Assembly: GCA_025594325.1 (NCBI GenBank)
Contig: JANHCV010000009.1
Location: 1,302,001-1,366,000, forward strand
Length of the DNA: 64,000 nucleotides
Direction: 5' to 3'
Source of the DNA: Blastocladiella emersonii ATCC 22665
Taxonomy: Eukaryota > Fungi > Blastocladiomycota
Positions 43,270 through 55,581 of this stretch are shown one piece after another. A program made the translations under genes and the position numbers. The notes beneath the pieces are model-generated. The model saw only the letters and a program-made list of their open reading frames with translations, was not told the origin of the DNA and did not search any database. Every line of letters begins with the position of its first letter. Within the stretch, counting starts at the first letter, position 1.

Positions 43270-46200
43270 ATGATCACGCCCGTGTACCTCGTCGACGCGT
43301 TTGCGCTGTTCGTGCTCAGCGTCGTCGCCATGTTCGCGTTCCTCGGCCTGAGCGCGTTCTCGGACGGGCTCTTTTTCGCCCTCCCCTTCTACGCCGCCGC
43401 CATCGCGTCGGTCCCCGTCCTCGTCGCCGGTCTCGCGCTCTTCGCCGCTGCGCTCGGCCTGTTTGTGTTTGCCCTGATCTACACCAAGGTACGTAACTCG
43501 ATCACCGTCTGAACATTCCGCGACTGACTTCGCCCTGCCGACTCGCTCGTAGGCTTCTTTTGTCAGCGCTCCGGCCTCACAGTCGTTCCCGTGGCGCAGC
43601 GTGTGGACCGCCATCATGGCCATGGTCAAGGACACGGCCGGCTCGGTCTATCGCGGTATCCGCACGCTCGCCATCTCCATCGTCGACTGCGCCGACTTCT
43701 CGGCCGCCTTCCTCCGCAACCCGCTCGTCTATATCAACGACATGATCCGGCGCCAGCGCCGCCGCTCCACGCCGTGGCCTGTCCGGCAGCCGACCTCCAA
43801 CCGCTTCTCGGCCGCGACCCGCTCGGCATCACCCCGTATCTCGGAAATGGCCCGTCGCTCGGCAACGGCAGCAGCGTCTCCTCACCTCCTCCCGCGCACC
43901 AAATCGTCTGCCACAACGCTCCGCGCTCCTATCCTCATGCCCGCCGCGATCCCGGTCGGCTTCACTCTTCCGCCCGTCGTGCCGCCGTCCAACATGCCGA
44001 CGACCGCCACGGGCACCGCGCAGCCGCTGCCTCCCCTCCCGCCCACGTCATTCAGCTCGACCGAGATCATGGCTCGTTCCAGTACCTTCAGCAAGCCCAC
44101 GGGTACGATTTGCTACTCGGACATGCTATGGTTGTACCCGAAGCTAACCACCCTGCGTGTAGTGCCCAACTTCCCCAAGTTTGAGACTCGGTCGACGACG
44201 GGTTCTACCGCGACTACTTCTGGCGCAACCCAACTGATCGGCTCCGAGTCGTCCATCGACCCGACCCGCCGCCTTCTCGCGCCGGTAACCGCCGACGCCA
44301 AGATCACGACCGTCTCGTACGCGGTCCGCGCCTTCGTGTCTGTTCCAGCGCGCGCTCTCGGAAAGCAGGCTAGCACCTCCGAGTCGATTCAGCTGGCGCG
44401 CCGCGTGCCGCCGCCACTCAAGAAGGCCGACTCGGGCGTCGACGTGCTGGCCACGCAGGTCTCGGTCGCTCGTGTTCACCCGAACCGAGTCCCGCTCGTC
44501 GCCAAGGACATCTCGACGGCCGGGACCACGCTGCCCGCCGCGCTTCAACTCGCTGTCCCGGTGGGTCGGCCGGCTATCCTGGCGGCCCAGCTCGAGTGCG
44601 CCAAGGAGATCCGCAAATCGTCCGCCTCCTCCTCTTCGTCAACTACCGGTGGCGCGGTGCGCACCATTACCTCGGCCATCGAGATCCGGGCCCATCTCGC
44701 CGCGCCAGCCTCGGCCATCGCGGACGGCTCGCTTGGTGTGGCCCGTGTTCCCGCCGTCGCTCACGACTCGTTCCAGCAGCAGTCTGCCGTCACGGGCCCG
44801 CCACCAGTCGCCGTCGCCAGCTCGGCGGCCACTCGCGCAGTTGATCCGCCCGTCACCTGCATCGCCGCGGCCGCGTCACCCGCTGCTGCGCCGCAAGTTC
44901 TCGGAACAATGGTCGCCGTGACTTCTACTACCGCTGACGCGTGTCATGCCGCCGCCGCTGATCCTCGTCGCCAGGTCGAGCAGGTCATGCCCGTTTCGGT
45001 CCACTTCTCGGACCCGCCGATCAGTGCGTCGACGCACGTCGTGGAAGTGGTCTCGCCCCCGTCGTCTGTCGCTATCGTGCTCGCTGCTGTCGCCGACAAG
45101 TCGCCCGCTGCGCTGCTCGACGCGCAGCCGGCGGTCGAGGTCGAGACGGACCGCCCCGTTGGCCGCGACTCGACCGCCGCCGGGCCGGGCACTCGCTCTC
45201 CACCGCCCGTCATGGACATGATCTCGGCACCGCCGAACGAGACCACCACGGTCGCCAACGAGTCTTCCGCAGTGCTGCCCAACGCAGCCGTGACCGCCGT
45301 CGTAAACCGCACTGCCGACTCTGACACGCGGCTGACCGTCAAGGCCGAGTCTGACCGCGTCCCCACGTGCGACCCAACCGCCGCCGATCTCGCCCATCGC
45401 GCAGCGGCTTCCGGCTCGGCGCTCTCGCCAGACGACGCGCCGGTCGACGCCCGTCCTGTCCCTCATCTTGCTCCCAAAGCCCTCCACGCGTCGCTTCCGC
45501 CCTCGATCGTCCGCGCCACTGCCGAACCCGTATCCGCAAGCCTCGTCGCGCCAACTCGGCTCGTCAACTCAACCACGTCTACTGCTCCGGCCACGCATCC
45601 GCTGCAGTACTACCAGCAGCTTCTGATCCCGGCTCTGCCCGCCTACCACGGTACACTCTTGCCAAATGACTGGTCGAGCGTCCCGAGCGTCGTCACTAAC
45701 ACCCGATCCTTGTAGCCCACGTCAGCGCGATTCCGCTCGTCACGGTCGAGTCGCAGCCCAGTGTCTCGTGCATGTCGCCGACGTGGATTCCTGCACCTGG
45801 TACGATCGAGTTTACGCTAGGAAGAGTCGTGACTCGCATAGTCTGACTGCTCTCAATTCGACTGGTAGTTCCTCGTCCTGCCTCTGAGACGTCTTCCACT
45901 ACTCGCGTGCCCGCGTCCGACGTGACCTTCATGGTCAAGTCGGGCCCGCTGCGCAAGACTACGGCCATCGCCAAGGCCAGCCGCCACCATCTGTACCGCC
46001 AGCTGTTGATGGACGGCACGTCGACCATGCTGCTGCAGCACTATCGCGCGCCCCGTACGGCTCCCCGTCGTCGTCACCTCTCCAAAGAGCACACGGGCAG
46101 CCCGTCCGCGGTGACGGCCGTCTACCCGACCTCGCGCACCTCGGCTCGCGCCGCCGCCGCAACTTCGCAGCACCAGTCGCTGGTCGTCGTCGACGCCGAA

Positions 46201-48656
46201 CCTGTGTGTCCTGCTGCTTCGGGTCCGTCTACGGCCAGCTCCACGCTCGTCGAGGCCCGCGACCCTGTCACACGCGCTGCCTCGCCCGTAGCTCCTCCCG
46301 CCTGGACGCTCGACGGCGGTGCACTCGCTAGCCCTGTCCCGGTCGTCCCAGCGCCCATCGCTACGTCGCCTCTGCCGACTCGGGCGGGTGTCGCGGCGAC
46401 GGCTGGTTATGACGCGGTCGCCTCCGAGTCGATTGAGCGCCACGCTGCTGCCGCTTCTCCGGCGCAGCCGCCCGCGTGCGTGACCTCGCGACTTGACCAG
46501 CCGCAGGTGCGCGACGTGCAGGTGCAGCTCGGCGGCTCCACGGCCTCGCTCGTCGCTCCCACCTCCGTCGCCGCGGTGATTGCCGACGTGTCGACGCAGG
46601 ACTGCGCCGCTCGTGCGCCGCTCGCGCCCGCGTCCTCGGTCGTGGTCCAGGAGGCGCCCGCGCCGCCATCTCGGGCGTCCGCGAGTGCTTTTGCCGTGGC
46701 GCCGCTCATCGAGACTCACTGCGCACCGACGCGGCCGTCACGGACCGGCTTACCACCGCGGTCACAGCAACGGCTGCACTCGTTCCCGATCCGCTCGATC
46801 GCGCGCAGTCCACGCCCAACTCGTTCTCGGACAGCGTCCCGCGCGTGGAACCGACCGCTTCGCCCGTCGCAGATGCAGCTATCGTTTCCGCAGCGGTACA
46901 CGTCCATCCCGCACCCGTTCCTGAGCCATCGAGTGACCGCGCTGCTCTCGCTGAGCCGGTCGCGCCCATCACAGGTCCACAACTGACGGCCGCCGGCATG
47001 CTGGCGCGGGCTGGCAAGCGGTACTACTCGTAGACCGAGCCGACGTACGCGACGGGCTACGGGACTGGATCCGGCCGCGGCAAGCGCATGCGGGTCGATC
47101 CGCGCCCAGCCGCGCGTCCGCCAGGCCCGCTCGCTGACGTGCTCGAGCAGCTCAGCATCCGCGACGCTGCCGCCCTCGACGCGGAACAACCCGCAGCTTC
47201 GGCCACTTCGGCCCCCGTGCCCGACCATCTGTCGCTTCCTGTAACGCCCGCAATTGAGGTGATTATGGACTCGGCCGACGCTTCGGCATCGAGTAAGACG
47301 GCTGTCTCGACCATGGAACCCGTGCTCGCGCCCGTTGCCGCGGCGGCGCTTCTTCCCGTACCAACTCTCGCACCTCAACGTGTACCCGCAGTCACGGCCT
47401 CCTCGTCTTCATTGCCGTCCGAGTACGGCGTGGTACGGCCGGGTAAGCGCGCGTTTGACGACATGGACCCGACCAACTCGATTGCGCTCGGCTTCTTCAT
47501 TGTCTCGAAGCGCGCCCGCGTCAACCCGCGCACGCTGACCGACTCGACCATCCCGCTTCCACTAACTCCCTCTCCATCATCGGCGACAGCTCTCGACTCG
47601 GTTACTCTGGGTGACCAGCGGCAACTCGACGCGCCCGCTTCCGGTTCCATGGAGCTTGACGCTTTGATTTCAGGATCCGAGGCTTCGCCATCCTCGAACA
47701 CTCGTTCTGCCACGGTCCTCGGCTGTTCGGGACCCATGTCGCTCAGCGGCACCTCGGCGACTTCTGACGGCGTCTCGACCGCGAGCTCGGCACCATCCTT
47801 CACTCGTACCTCGCCGACCGCTGGCGCCGTGCACATCGAGACCAACAGCTTCGCGGCAGTCTGTACTGCGCCACGCTCGGCGGGGTGCGTCGACTCTGGC
47901 GCTTCCTCTTCGTCGACCAACGCGCATGGTACCAAGTTTATGAAGGCCGGCTCGCGCACCGCGTCGCCGTCGGATGTCGACTTGAGTAGCACGTTGGCTA
48001 TGGATACGTCGAACTCGGACTTCACGCAGGCCATCGAAACCGCGTCTGGTGCTTCCGGTACGGGCGATTCTGTCTCGCCGTCGAGTCAGCTCTCGCGGGA
48101 TGTCCGTTCCGGACTGGCTTCTCTCGATTCCGCTCGTGCAACCGCTCGCGCGCGCGGCAGCAGGGGTTCCGCACCGGCACCCCAAGACAGCCCTCGCTTC
48201 TCGGACTGGATCGGCAATATTGTCCACAACAGCAAGGTGGACCAACTCGAGCAGCAACTCGACCGCGCGACGCGCAGTGTTCTCGACGCTGCGCCTGAGC
48301 CCAAGCGCGTCATGCCCGGCGGCAGGAGCGGCGGCCGCGACGACGACCTCTCGGACCTTCTAGGCAACGCTTTCCGCACAACCTCGTCGACGTCGTCCGC
48401 TACTTTCTCGACTCGCGCCGAAGCTCCAAGTACCGCGTCTGACTCGTCCTCGGCGGCAACGGCTCCTCCTCCTTCTCGTCAACCCGTCTACGGAACTGGC
48501 CTCTCCTTCCTGCTCGGTGTTCTGATCCCTCGCCGTGAGCCCTGGAGCGCCGACGACGATCTACCCGAATGGCTCCGCCCGTACTCGCGCAAGAAGGCCG
48601 CCAAGGTCGTTGACGAGGACGACGATGTGGAAGAGGTGCTCCAGATCTTCGATTGA
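43270..48656 (+). pseudogene. Long N-terminal-TM, Ser/Ala/Pro-rich protein; 3 introns, then a frameshift (~46710) and an in-frame TAG (47031-47033)
   Basis: Hydrophobic exon 1 (43270-43488). Introns 43489-43552, 45651-45715 and 45800-45868 keep the frame into ORF 45907. The A/P-rich frame switches near 46710, and GKRYYS*TEP reads in frame into ORF 47088-48656. Confidence 0.65.
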
Positions 48657-49689
48657 GCGGCGCTAGACCAGCTCGGGGGTCAAGTTTGGCATCACGCGCT
48701 GTCAGCGTTCACGCTCCCAACCACCTCTGGCGCTCTACTTGTCGCGATCCTACTTTTGTCGTTTACCAACGCTGTTCATGCTCTCTCCTCGTATGTATTC
48801 CTACGTCCGTTCAGAACCTCGCGCTTGAGACTAACCTTAAAAACTCGCTTGTAGACCGCGAGCTTTCCCTGTCGACGCTCATCGTCCGCGACACGCGCAT
48901 CAACTGTCGTGCGGCGCGACGTGAACCAACAACGACATCATGACTTTCTCGCGTGCGCATAGAATGCTGTTCGCTACTGTCCTCCTCAACATTCCGCCCG
49001 ACTTGCGCACACGACCTTTGTCAACGACAAGTGCATCTCGGCGCTCCCGCCTCAGCTGCTTCTACAGCTTGGGTGTCCCCTCGAGGTCGTCTCCAACGCA
49101 TCGCGCTCCTGCCGTCGCACATCACCGACCACTGCAACCATGGCCGCAACCTCGACCAGCGCGGCGCAAAGCATGCACGCGAGCAGCCCGCTCCTCGTAT
49201 CGGCGCCGCGTTCCACCACGACTCTCCGCGCGACCGCTGCAACAACCTGCCGAGAAACACGGTGCAGCGACTTTTGGTCGTCGGTCGACATGCTCGAGCT
49301 TCAACCCGTGCTCCCGTTCCGCCGCGCTGGTCGCCGTGCACGCACCTCATCCTCACGACATCCAGATCGTCACTCGTGTCCATCCCCCTTTGTCATCGCT
49401 CTCTCCCTCACCCGTGGCCGACCGCTAGCTCGTCCGTGACCAACTCGACTTCCTGGCTGAACGCGAGTTGGTTTCCCCCCTCTTCCGATATCACTACATA
49501 GACGTCAACTTCTGTATATCTCTGTTCAAGGCATGGCATCGTGCCGCACTCGAAAAGTTGAGCCTCAGGCGCTCCGACACAAAGAAACGAAAAAGTGTCT
49601 CGCGGCTCACGTGATTGATCGACGCGTGAAACGCGAGGCGAGAGACGCGCCGAAACATCATGTGAGATCAGCCCCGCTGCTGATTGTGG

Positions 49690-49745
49690 ACGGCTCGTGG
49701 TGGAGCAAGAAGTATCCCGAGGCGCTCGACTACCTTGACTTTGAA

Positions 49746-49784
<39 letters not shown>

Positions 49785-50146
49785 CTCGAACTTGACCTGG
49801 CGTGCGAGATCGGAGGAGTTGAAGTGGTCCGCTGGTGGCTCTTCGAGTCTGGGGCCGAACTCAAGTACAGCGCCAAGGCGCTCGACTTGACTTGCGCGCG
49901 AGGACACGTTTGTGTTGTCAAAGTGTGGCTCAAATCCGTGGTCGAGCTCCAGTACTCGGCCGCCGCCTTTTTGGACTACGCGCCTCAACAAGAACAAGAT
50001 GGTCGGCATCCTCGACTTGTAGCAGAAATTTGGACAACCGCTGCGCTTCACGGCCAAGGCGATCACCACCGCCCAAGAAGTTGGCACGCGAGACGTGGTG
50101 CAGTGGTGGATGGAGTACGGCTCCGTCAAGGAGCTCCCCTGACTGA
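49690..50146 (+). pseudogene. WW-type ankyrin-like repeat remnant
   Basis: LDLACEIGGVEVVRWWLFESGAELKYSAKALDLTCARGHV..VKVWLKS, then after a frameshift MVGILDL*QKFGQPLRFTAKAITTAQEVGTRDVVQWW (TAG 50020-50022); includes a (GAGGAC)n acidic microsatellite at ~49746-49783. Confidence 0.65.
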
Positions 50147-50396
50147 CCCCTTGATCGCGGTTGCGTTCATACAATTGAAAAGTATGTGCCTAAAATGATT
50201 TTCTTGCTGTACAGGATCGCGCGGCTCTGCAGCAAGCTAGGAAATGGTGGCGCTCGCGCTTCGCACATGTGAAACCAAAGACTCTGCTGCTATCGTCCTT
50301 TGTAGGAGTCAAGCATCAATTTCCCGATAACAATCAAGGTAACTAGTTAACATATATTGGTCCAAATTCGTATGGCTCGTGCGGCAAGAAGCCCGG

Positions 50397-51230
50397 TTAG
50401 TGCCCATCAGGGAACAGGCCCCTCACCTTTGACACGAGGCACGCGGGCAATGGTTGAGTTGTGTGGTAACCGAGCAGCTTGGTCGCGGTCTGGTAGAGCA
50501 TGAACCGGCGTTGCCTTTGACTGTAGTAGGCGCCGGCCTGCATTCTGCGAATGGCAGTCCAAAGGGCGGCACTGTTGCATACGCTTCCGCACGTGTGCGC
50601 GACGCCTCGCGATAGGTGAGCGTCTTCGCCGCTTTCGTCGCTACTGTCAGAGTAATCCGACTCGGACGACGAGTCGGAACCACTAGGATAAGAGTAATCA
50701 GAATCGGAAGAGTCGGAACCGCTGCAATCTAGCTTATCAGGATCGGACGACGAGTTGGAACCGCCATCATCCACATTTTCGTTGTCCGAGCCAGAGTTAT
50801 GCGAGTAGACCCACGTCCCGGCCTTCATCTGGCCAAGAATACATTTGTAGCGTAGATACTTGGCCTCGACAAGCGCCCGCTCCATTTTCTTGCTGCAGAC
50901 CATGCTTGCAGTCGACCGAGGCTCGGTCTTGTACCCGTCCGTCATGGCCTCGGGGTCCGCGCCAGCGGCGGCGAGGTACTTGACGAGATTGTCGTGGTCA
51001 TGCTCGACAGCGAGATGGAGCGGCGTCTGACCCCACTTGTATGTGCGCGCATCGAGGTTGCTGCCGAGCTTGACGAGGTAGAGTACGACGTGCAGGTGCC
51101 CGGCGCGGACAGCCGTGTGGAGCAGCGAGTCCCCGTCGCCGCTGCACACATCTCGGTACGGTTCTTCGGCGATGAGCGCCTTGAGTCGCTCGAGATCACC
51201 GTCGTGGCAAGCTTTGTGGTATGTGTCCAT
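50397..51230 (-). CDS. Ankyrin-repeat protein with acidic Ser linker and C-terminal P2X7-ballast-like domain
   Basis: GDSLLHTAVRAGHLHVVLYLVKLG and GQTPLHLAVEHDHDNLVKYLAAAGAD ankyrin repeats; C-terminal CGSVC..RRFMLY..LLG..PLPACLVSKVRGLFPD. Confidence 0.8.
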   Translation of the reverse strand: MDTYHKACHDGDLERLKALIAEEPYRDVCSGDGDSLLHTAVRAGHLHVVLYLVKLGSNLDARTYKWGQTPLHLAVEHDHDNLVKYLAAAGADPEAMTDGYKTEPRSTASMVCSKKMERALVEAKYLRYKCILGQMKAGTWVYSHNSGSDNENVDDGGSNSSSDPDKLDCSGSDSSDSDYSYPSGSDSSSESDYSDSSDESGEDAHLSRGVAHTCGSVCNSAALWTAIRRMQAGAYYSQRQRRFMLYQTATKLLGYHTTQPLPACLVSKVRGLFPDGH

Positions 51231-51503
51231 GTGACTTGATTTGGTGGTTGATTTTGAGGGAGAGCGGTGGCCGCTTCGCTCGTATTTGTATCAATTTGAG
51301 GAAAGAAAAAACAGGGGAGCGACAAAATCAGGCCAAACAAGGGACAGTTTGACACCGCAAGCGCACAAGCCTGTCAGTCCGGGACTTGATCGAGAGACGC
51401 GCAAGGAAGGCGCGTTGCGCCACTCACGTGTCCGGGAGACAGGCTGAAACAGAAAATCAGATTTATCAACGGTTCGTATGTACAATATTTAGAGACGACA
51501 TGA

Positions 51504-53051
51504 TCACGCCTCGGCCTTCTCCTCGACCTTCTCGTACGTCGCGTCGTGGCCGCCGCCAAACTTGTCAGCCGAGGCCAGGCCCTCAACGGCCTTGCCCGTG
51601 CGCATCACCGAGTGGCGGTACCCGTAGGCAAAGTAGACGCACAGGCCGACAAGCATCCAGATGCCGAGACGGAGAACCGAAGACCAGCCCGTGGAGATGA
51701 TGAGCGCGAACGACGAGGCGGCGCCGAGGACCGGGATGAGGAGCGGGCCACCCGGCATGCGGAACGGCCGCTCAATGTCGGGACGCTTGAACCGCAGGAC
51801 CGCCGTCGAGATACAAACAGCGGCGAAACAGAACAGTGTGCCGCTGCTGGTCAGCTCTCCGAGCACGCCGAGCGGGAGGAAGGCGGCCGCGACGGCGCAG
51901 AACACGCCCGAGAAGAGCGTCTGGACAAAGGGCGTGCCGAACTTGGGGTGGATCTTGCCGAACATGGGCGGCAGCAAGCCGTCGACCGCCAGCGAGTAGA
52001 AGATGCGCGGCTGCGACAGCAGGGACACGAGAATGACTGAGGTGAGCCCCGCGAGACCGCCGACCGAGACGAGGATCGACAGCCAGTTCATGCCGAGCGC
52101 CGTCACCGCGTCCGCCAGCGGCGCCGCCGAGTCGAGGTTCTTGTAGTTGGTGATGCCCGTCAGGCACAGCGACACGACAATGTAGATGACCGTGCACAGG
52201 CTGAGCGACCCGAGGATGCCGATGGGCAGGTCGCGCGACGGCCGCTTCACCTCCTGCGCCGTCGTCGACACGGCGTCGAACCCAATGTACGCGAAGAAGA
52301 CGAGCGTCGACGCGCGCAGGATGCCCGACACGCCGTACTCGCGGCCCGTCGCCGCGTCGGGGCCCGGGATGAACGGCGACCAGTTCTCGACCTTGATGTA
52401 CGCGAAGCTGCTGAAGATGAAGAGCATGATGACCGCGAGCTTGGTCGCGACCAGCAGGTGGTTGACAATCGCCGACTGCTTGACGCCAAAGCACAGCGCC
52501 GCCGTGCAGAACATGACGACGAGGACCGCGGGGAGGTTGATGATGCCCGTCGTCTCGTCCATGTAGAAGCCGCGCTCCTCGGAGAACTCGATGGGCGCCG
52601 ACGTGTACGCCGTGCTCAGCTTGACGCCGAACGCCGCCTTGAGGAACTTGACGAGGTACGCCGACCACCCGACGGCGACCGTGGCCGCGCCGACGAGGTA
52701 CTCGAGCATGAGGTCCCACCCGACCGTGAAGCCCAGCGCCTCGCCGAGGGCGACCGTCGCGAACGAGTAGGCCGAGCCCGAGGCCGGGATCGCGGCCGCC
52801 ATCTCCGAGTAGCACAGGCCCGCGAACGCGCAGGCCACGCCCGAGATGATGAACGACAGCACAATGGCCGGACCCGCGAACCGCGCCGCCGCCGTGCCCG
52901 TAATCACGAAGATGCCGGCGCCGATGATCTCGCCGACGCCGATGAGCGTCACGTCGAGCCCCGTCAGCGTGCGCTTCATGGCGCTCGTCTTGGCCTTGGC
53001 GACAATGTCCTCGTAGGACGGGCCCTGCAGCAGGGACTTGGCGAATGACAT
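51504..53051 (-). CDS. APC-superfamily amino acid permease (CAT/YfnA-like), intronless
   Basis: IGVGEIIGAGIFVITG, GPAIVLSF..CYSEMAAAIPASGSAY, FFAYIGFDAVSTTAQEVKRPSRDLPIGI; multiple TM helices; 515 aa single ORF. Confidence 0.93.
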   Translation of the reverse strand: MSFAKSLLQGPSYEDIVAKAKTSAMKRTLTGLDVTLIGVGEIIGAGIFVITGTAAARFAGPAIVLSFIISGVACAFAGLCYSEMAAAIPASGSAYSFATVALGEALGFTVGWDLMLEYLVGAATVAVGWSAYLVKFLKAAFGVKLSTAYTSAPIEFSEERGFYMDETTGIINLPAVLVVMFCTAALCFGVKQSAIVNHLLVATKLAVIMLFIFSSFAYIKVENWSPFIPGPDAATGREYGVSGILRASTLVFFAYIGFDAVSTTAQEVKRPSRDLPIGILGSLSLCTVIYIVVSLCLTGITNYKNLDSAAPLADAVTALGMNWLSILVSVGGLAGLTSVILVSLLSQPRIFYSLAVDGLLPPMFGKIHPKFGTPFVQTLFSGVFCAVAAAFLPLGVLGELTSSGTLFCFAAVCISTAVLRFKRPDIERPFRMPGGPLLIPVLGAASSFALIISTGWSSVLRLGIWMLVGLCVYFAYGYRHSVMRTGKAVEGLASADKFGGGHDATYEKVEEKAEA

Positions 53052-54057
53052 GGTGGTGGTTGTTGATGCGTTCTTGGGAGTAGGTAGTGAGGGAGGGGTG
53101 CTGGTTTGTGAAGTAGTAGTAGTTGGGAGCCAGCCCCGAGGTTGATGGTGAACAGGTCGAAGGGAGAGCGGGGAGCCCGTCAGTCTTTATAGCGGTCGGT
53201 CGTGAACGAGGGCCGAGCGAGGCAATCGAGTGCTCATTCCGCGGGGCGAGCTCATGTGGTCGGGGCGGGCTTCCAGAATGCGTGGCGCAGCGCGCGTGAG
53301 GTGGCTTAGCCGTGATGCGGAGATTGCGGGCGCGCCGCCCAAGCCACATCTCCGCCACCGCACTTCGCAAGCGGGCGAATCAGCGACGCCGAACGACGCC
53401 CTCGAGGCGCACACGCGGGCAAGCAGCGAGGCTGGATCACGGAGCCGGCGAGGCGAGGCGCGGTCATGGGACTCACACGGCCCTGAATGCAATGGACGAC
53501 GCGCCACGACGCGTGAGCAGTGGCCAGCGCATGTGACGCTATATTGCATATCAGCGGGTCGTGCGGCTGTTAACGTTGCTCGAGGGATTGCATCCGATAA
53601 CCCGCACACGGTGGTTGGACGACATTATGACCGTGTCGCCTGCCTCGCGACTCCACACGTGCAGATGACCACCGCGTGCGGAGAACCGCCAGCGTGACCG
53701 TAGTCGTGTTACATCAATCAAACCACCCGCACCCTTTTAGCTGCCCAAGTCAAGCACCGCTTTGATGTTCGGTATCGCAGCAGGTGTAGCGCAGGAACCT
53801 CCTCATGCGTCCGTCCGTATCTATGTTCTATAGATGTCATATATGCTTTCTCTGCTCCGGCGTCTCTTTCAATGCAGACCCGACGCGTTGCGCCACACAC
53901 GCGGGGATCGCTGACTCGGTCGTTTCACGTGTTGTCCGCTCGCATGGGAACTGTCGCTCCGGCGTGACAGCGTCTAAGTGGTGTCGAACTCGCTTGTCGT
54001 ACACTTCCCACGCTCTTTCGCGCTGAAGTCGCACCTCATCGACGACTTGACGCAAGC

Positions 54058-55184
54058 ATGAATCCAATGAAGAAAATCGACGTGGCCGCCCTTCCCGTAC
54101 GCTGCGCAGCACACAGCCGTGCTCTACGCGGCAGCCGTGCTGAGCGAGCGCGACACGCGGAGTAGGTTGTCTTTGGTGTCCCGGACCCGGGTTCGTCGAC
54201 TGCATCGAGCACGGTGCTGATCTACAACGAGGATCGGTACCATAGCAACACCTTCGCTCGAGGCGGCGCGGGCTTCCGCATTGTGGAGACGAAGCTTCCG
54301 AGAGTCGTCGGCCAGGGCAACTTTATTGTGGCCTTTGTCCCCAAGACGACTGGCTCCGAGGCGTGGTCCGTTGCACTTTGCCTCGAGGGGTGCGTCATGG
54401 CGGGCAGTACGAGCTGCGACATCAGCCTCGAGGGCGCCCAGAGCATGTTTTCCACGTCGCTGTTCACCTTTGCCGAGAACGTCGAGCTCGGCGTTCATCG
54501 TGCAGATGTGCCTTCCTTCGATCCCGACATTGTGTTCAAGCACTACTCCAAGCTCAAGATTCGCTTCTCGAAGTTGACCATCGCCCTCTCATCGTGCAGT
54601 GCCGAACTGGAGTCCGAATCGCAGTCTTTTGCTCCCGTTCAAGCTGCTTCTCCTCTCATAGCGCCTAGCTCGATCACATGCTCTCGCACCGACGGCTCCA
54701 TCGACCTCTCTTTTTGGCCTCCATTGATGACCCCGCCCTCTGCAGCGTGTCTTTCCTGCCCAACGGTGCCGTGTCGGCCATCTTTGCTTCTCACACGATT
54801 CTCGAGGTGCGATCCCGCTTCTTCGCGGCCAAGTTCCGCGGCGAATGGGTCGCGTCCGTCGCCAACCACGAGCCCATCAAGCTTCCGACCTGGGATCTCG
54901 CGGCGTTCGCGGTCATCGTCGCACATTTATACTCCCGCTGGGTCCCGTCCGAGTCCAGTACAGTGCCCGACGCGGTCAAGTCTGCCCTTGCGCGGATGGG
55001 CGTCCACCTCGGCTCGTTCGACGACTTTGACGTGCTCAGCAACTGCTTTGACCTGGCCGAGTTTCTCGAGTGCATCGAGCTCGCCTCGGCGCTTGAGCCG
55101 ATGATGGTTGCTGCGATTGGGAAGCGGGTTCGCGCCATGAAGGTCGCGCCCACCAAGTTTTCCCCGAGCGTCGCGTCCCAGTAG
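54058..55184 (+). pseudogene. BTB/POZ-domain protein copy 1 (intron 54097-54165; 1-T deletion at 54711-54715)
   Basis: Adding one T restores DLSFLASIDDPALCSVSFLP..ASHTILEVRSRFFAAKF..W...DLAAFAVIVAHLYS, a BTB pattern; may be a sequencing error. Confidence 0.75.
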
Positions 55185-55581
55185 GAGACGTGTGAAGTAT
55201 CCGCAGCGGAGCTCGTTTGAAATCCTGTACATATCCCCTTCGTGAAGACGATGCGTTCCCCCTGTTCGTTTACTCCCTCACTTGCAGTTCGAGATGCGCT
55301 GCGCCACGCACGTGAGACTCATCTCAAGCGAGCCTTGTCGACCCGTGTGAGCATCGTGAGGCATCACCTCCACTGATCACCACCGTGTGGATGCGTCCAG
55401 GTTGCCGAGAATGCCGATGGCCGAACAGTAATACAGGTTACATGCGTCACTCGCATCACTCGTCGGCGTAGCGTCCACTCCGTGTCCAGATTCGCAGGCG
55501 ATCAGAGCGTCCCGTTGACGCTACCACGGCTCCCTCTCTCCTCACTGTCGATGCAACATTGTTTGAGCCTAACGAAGCACC

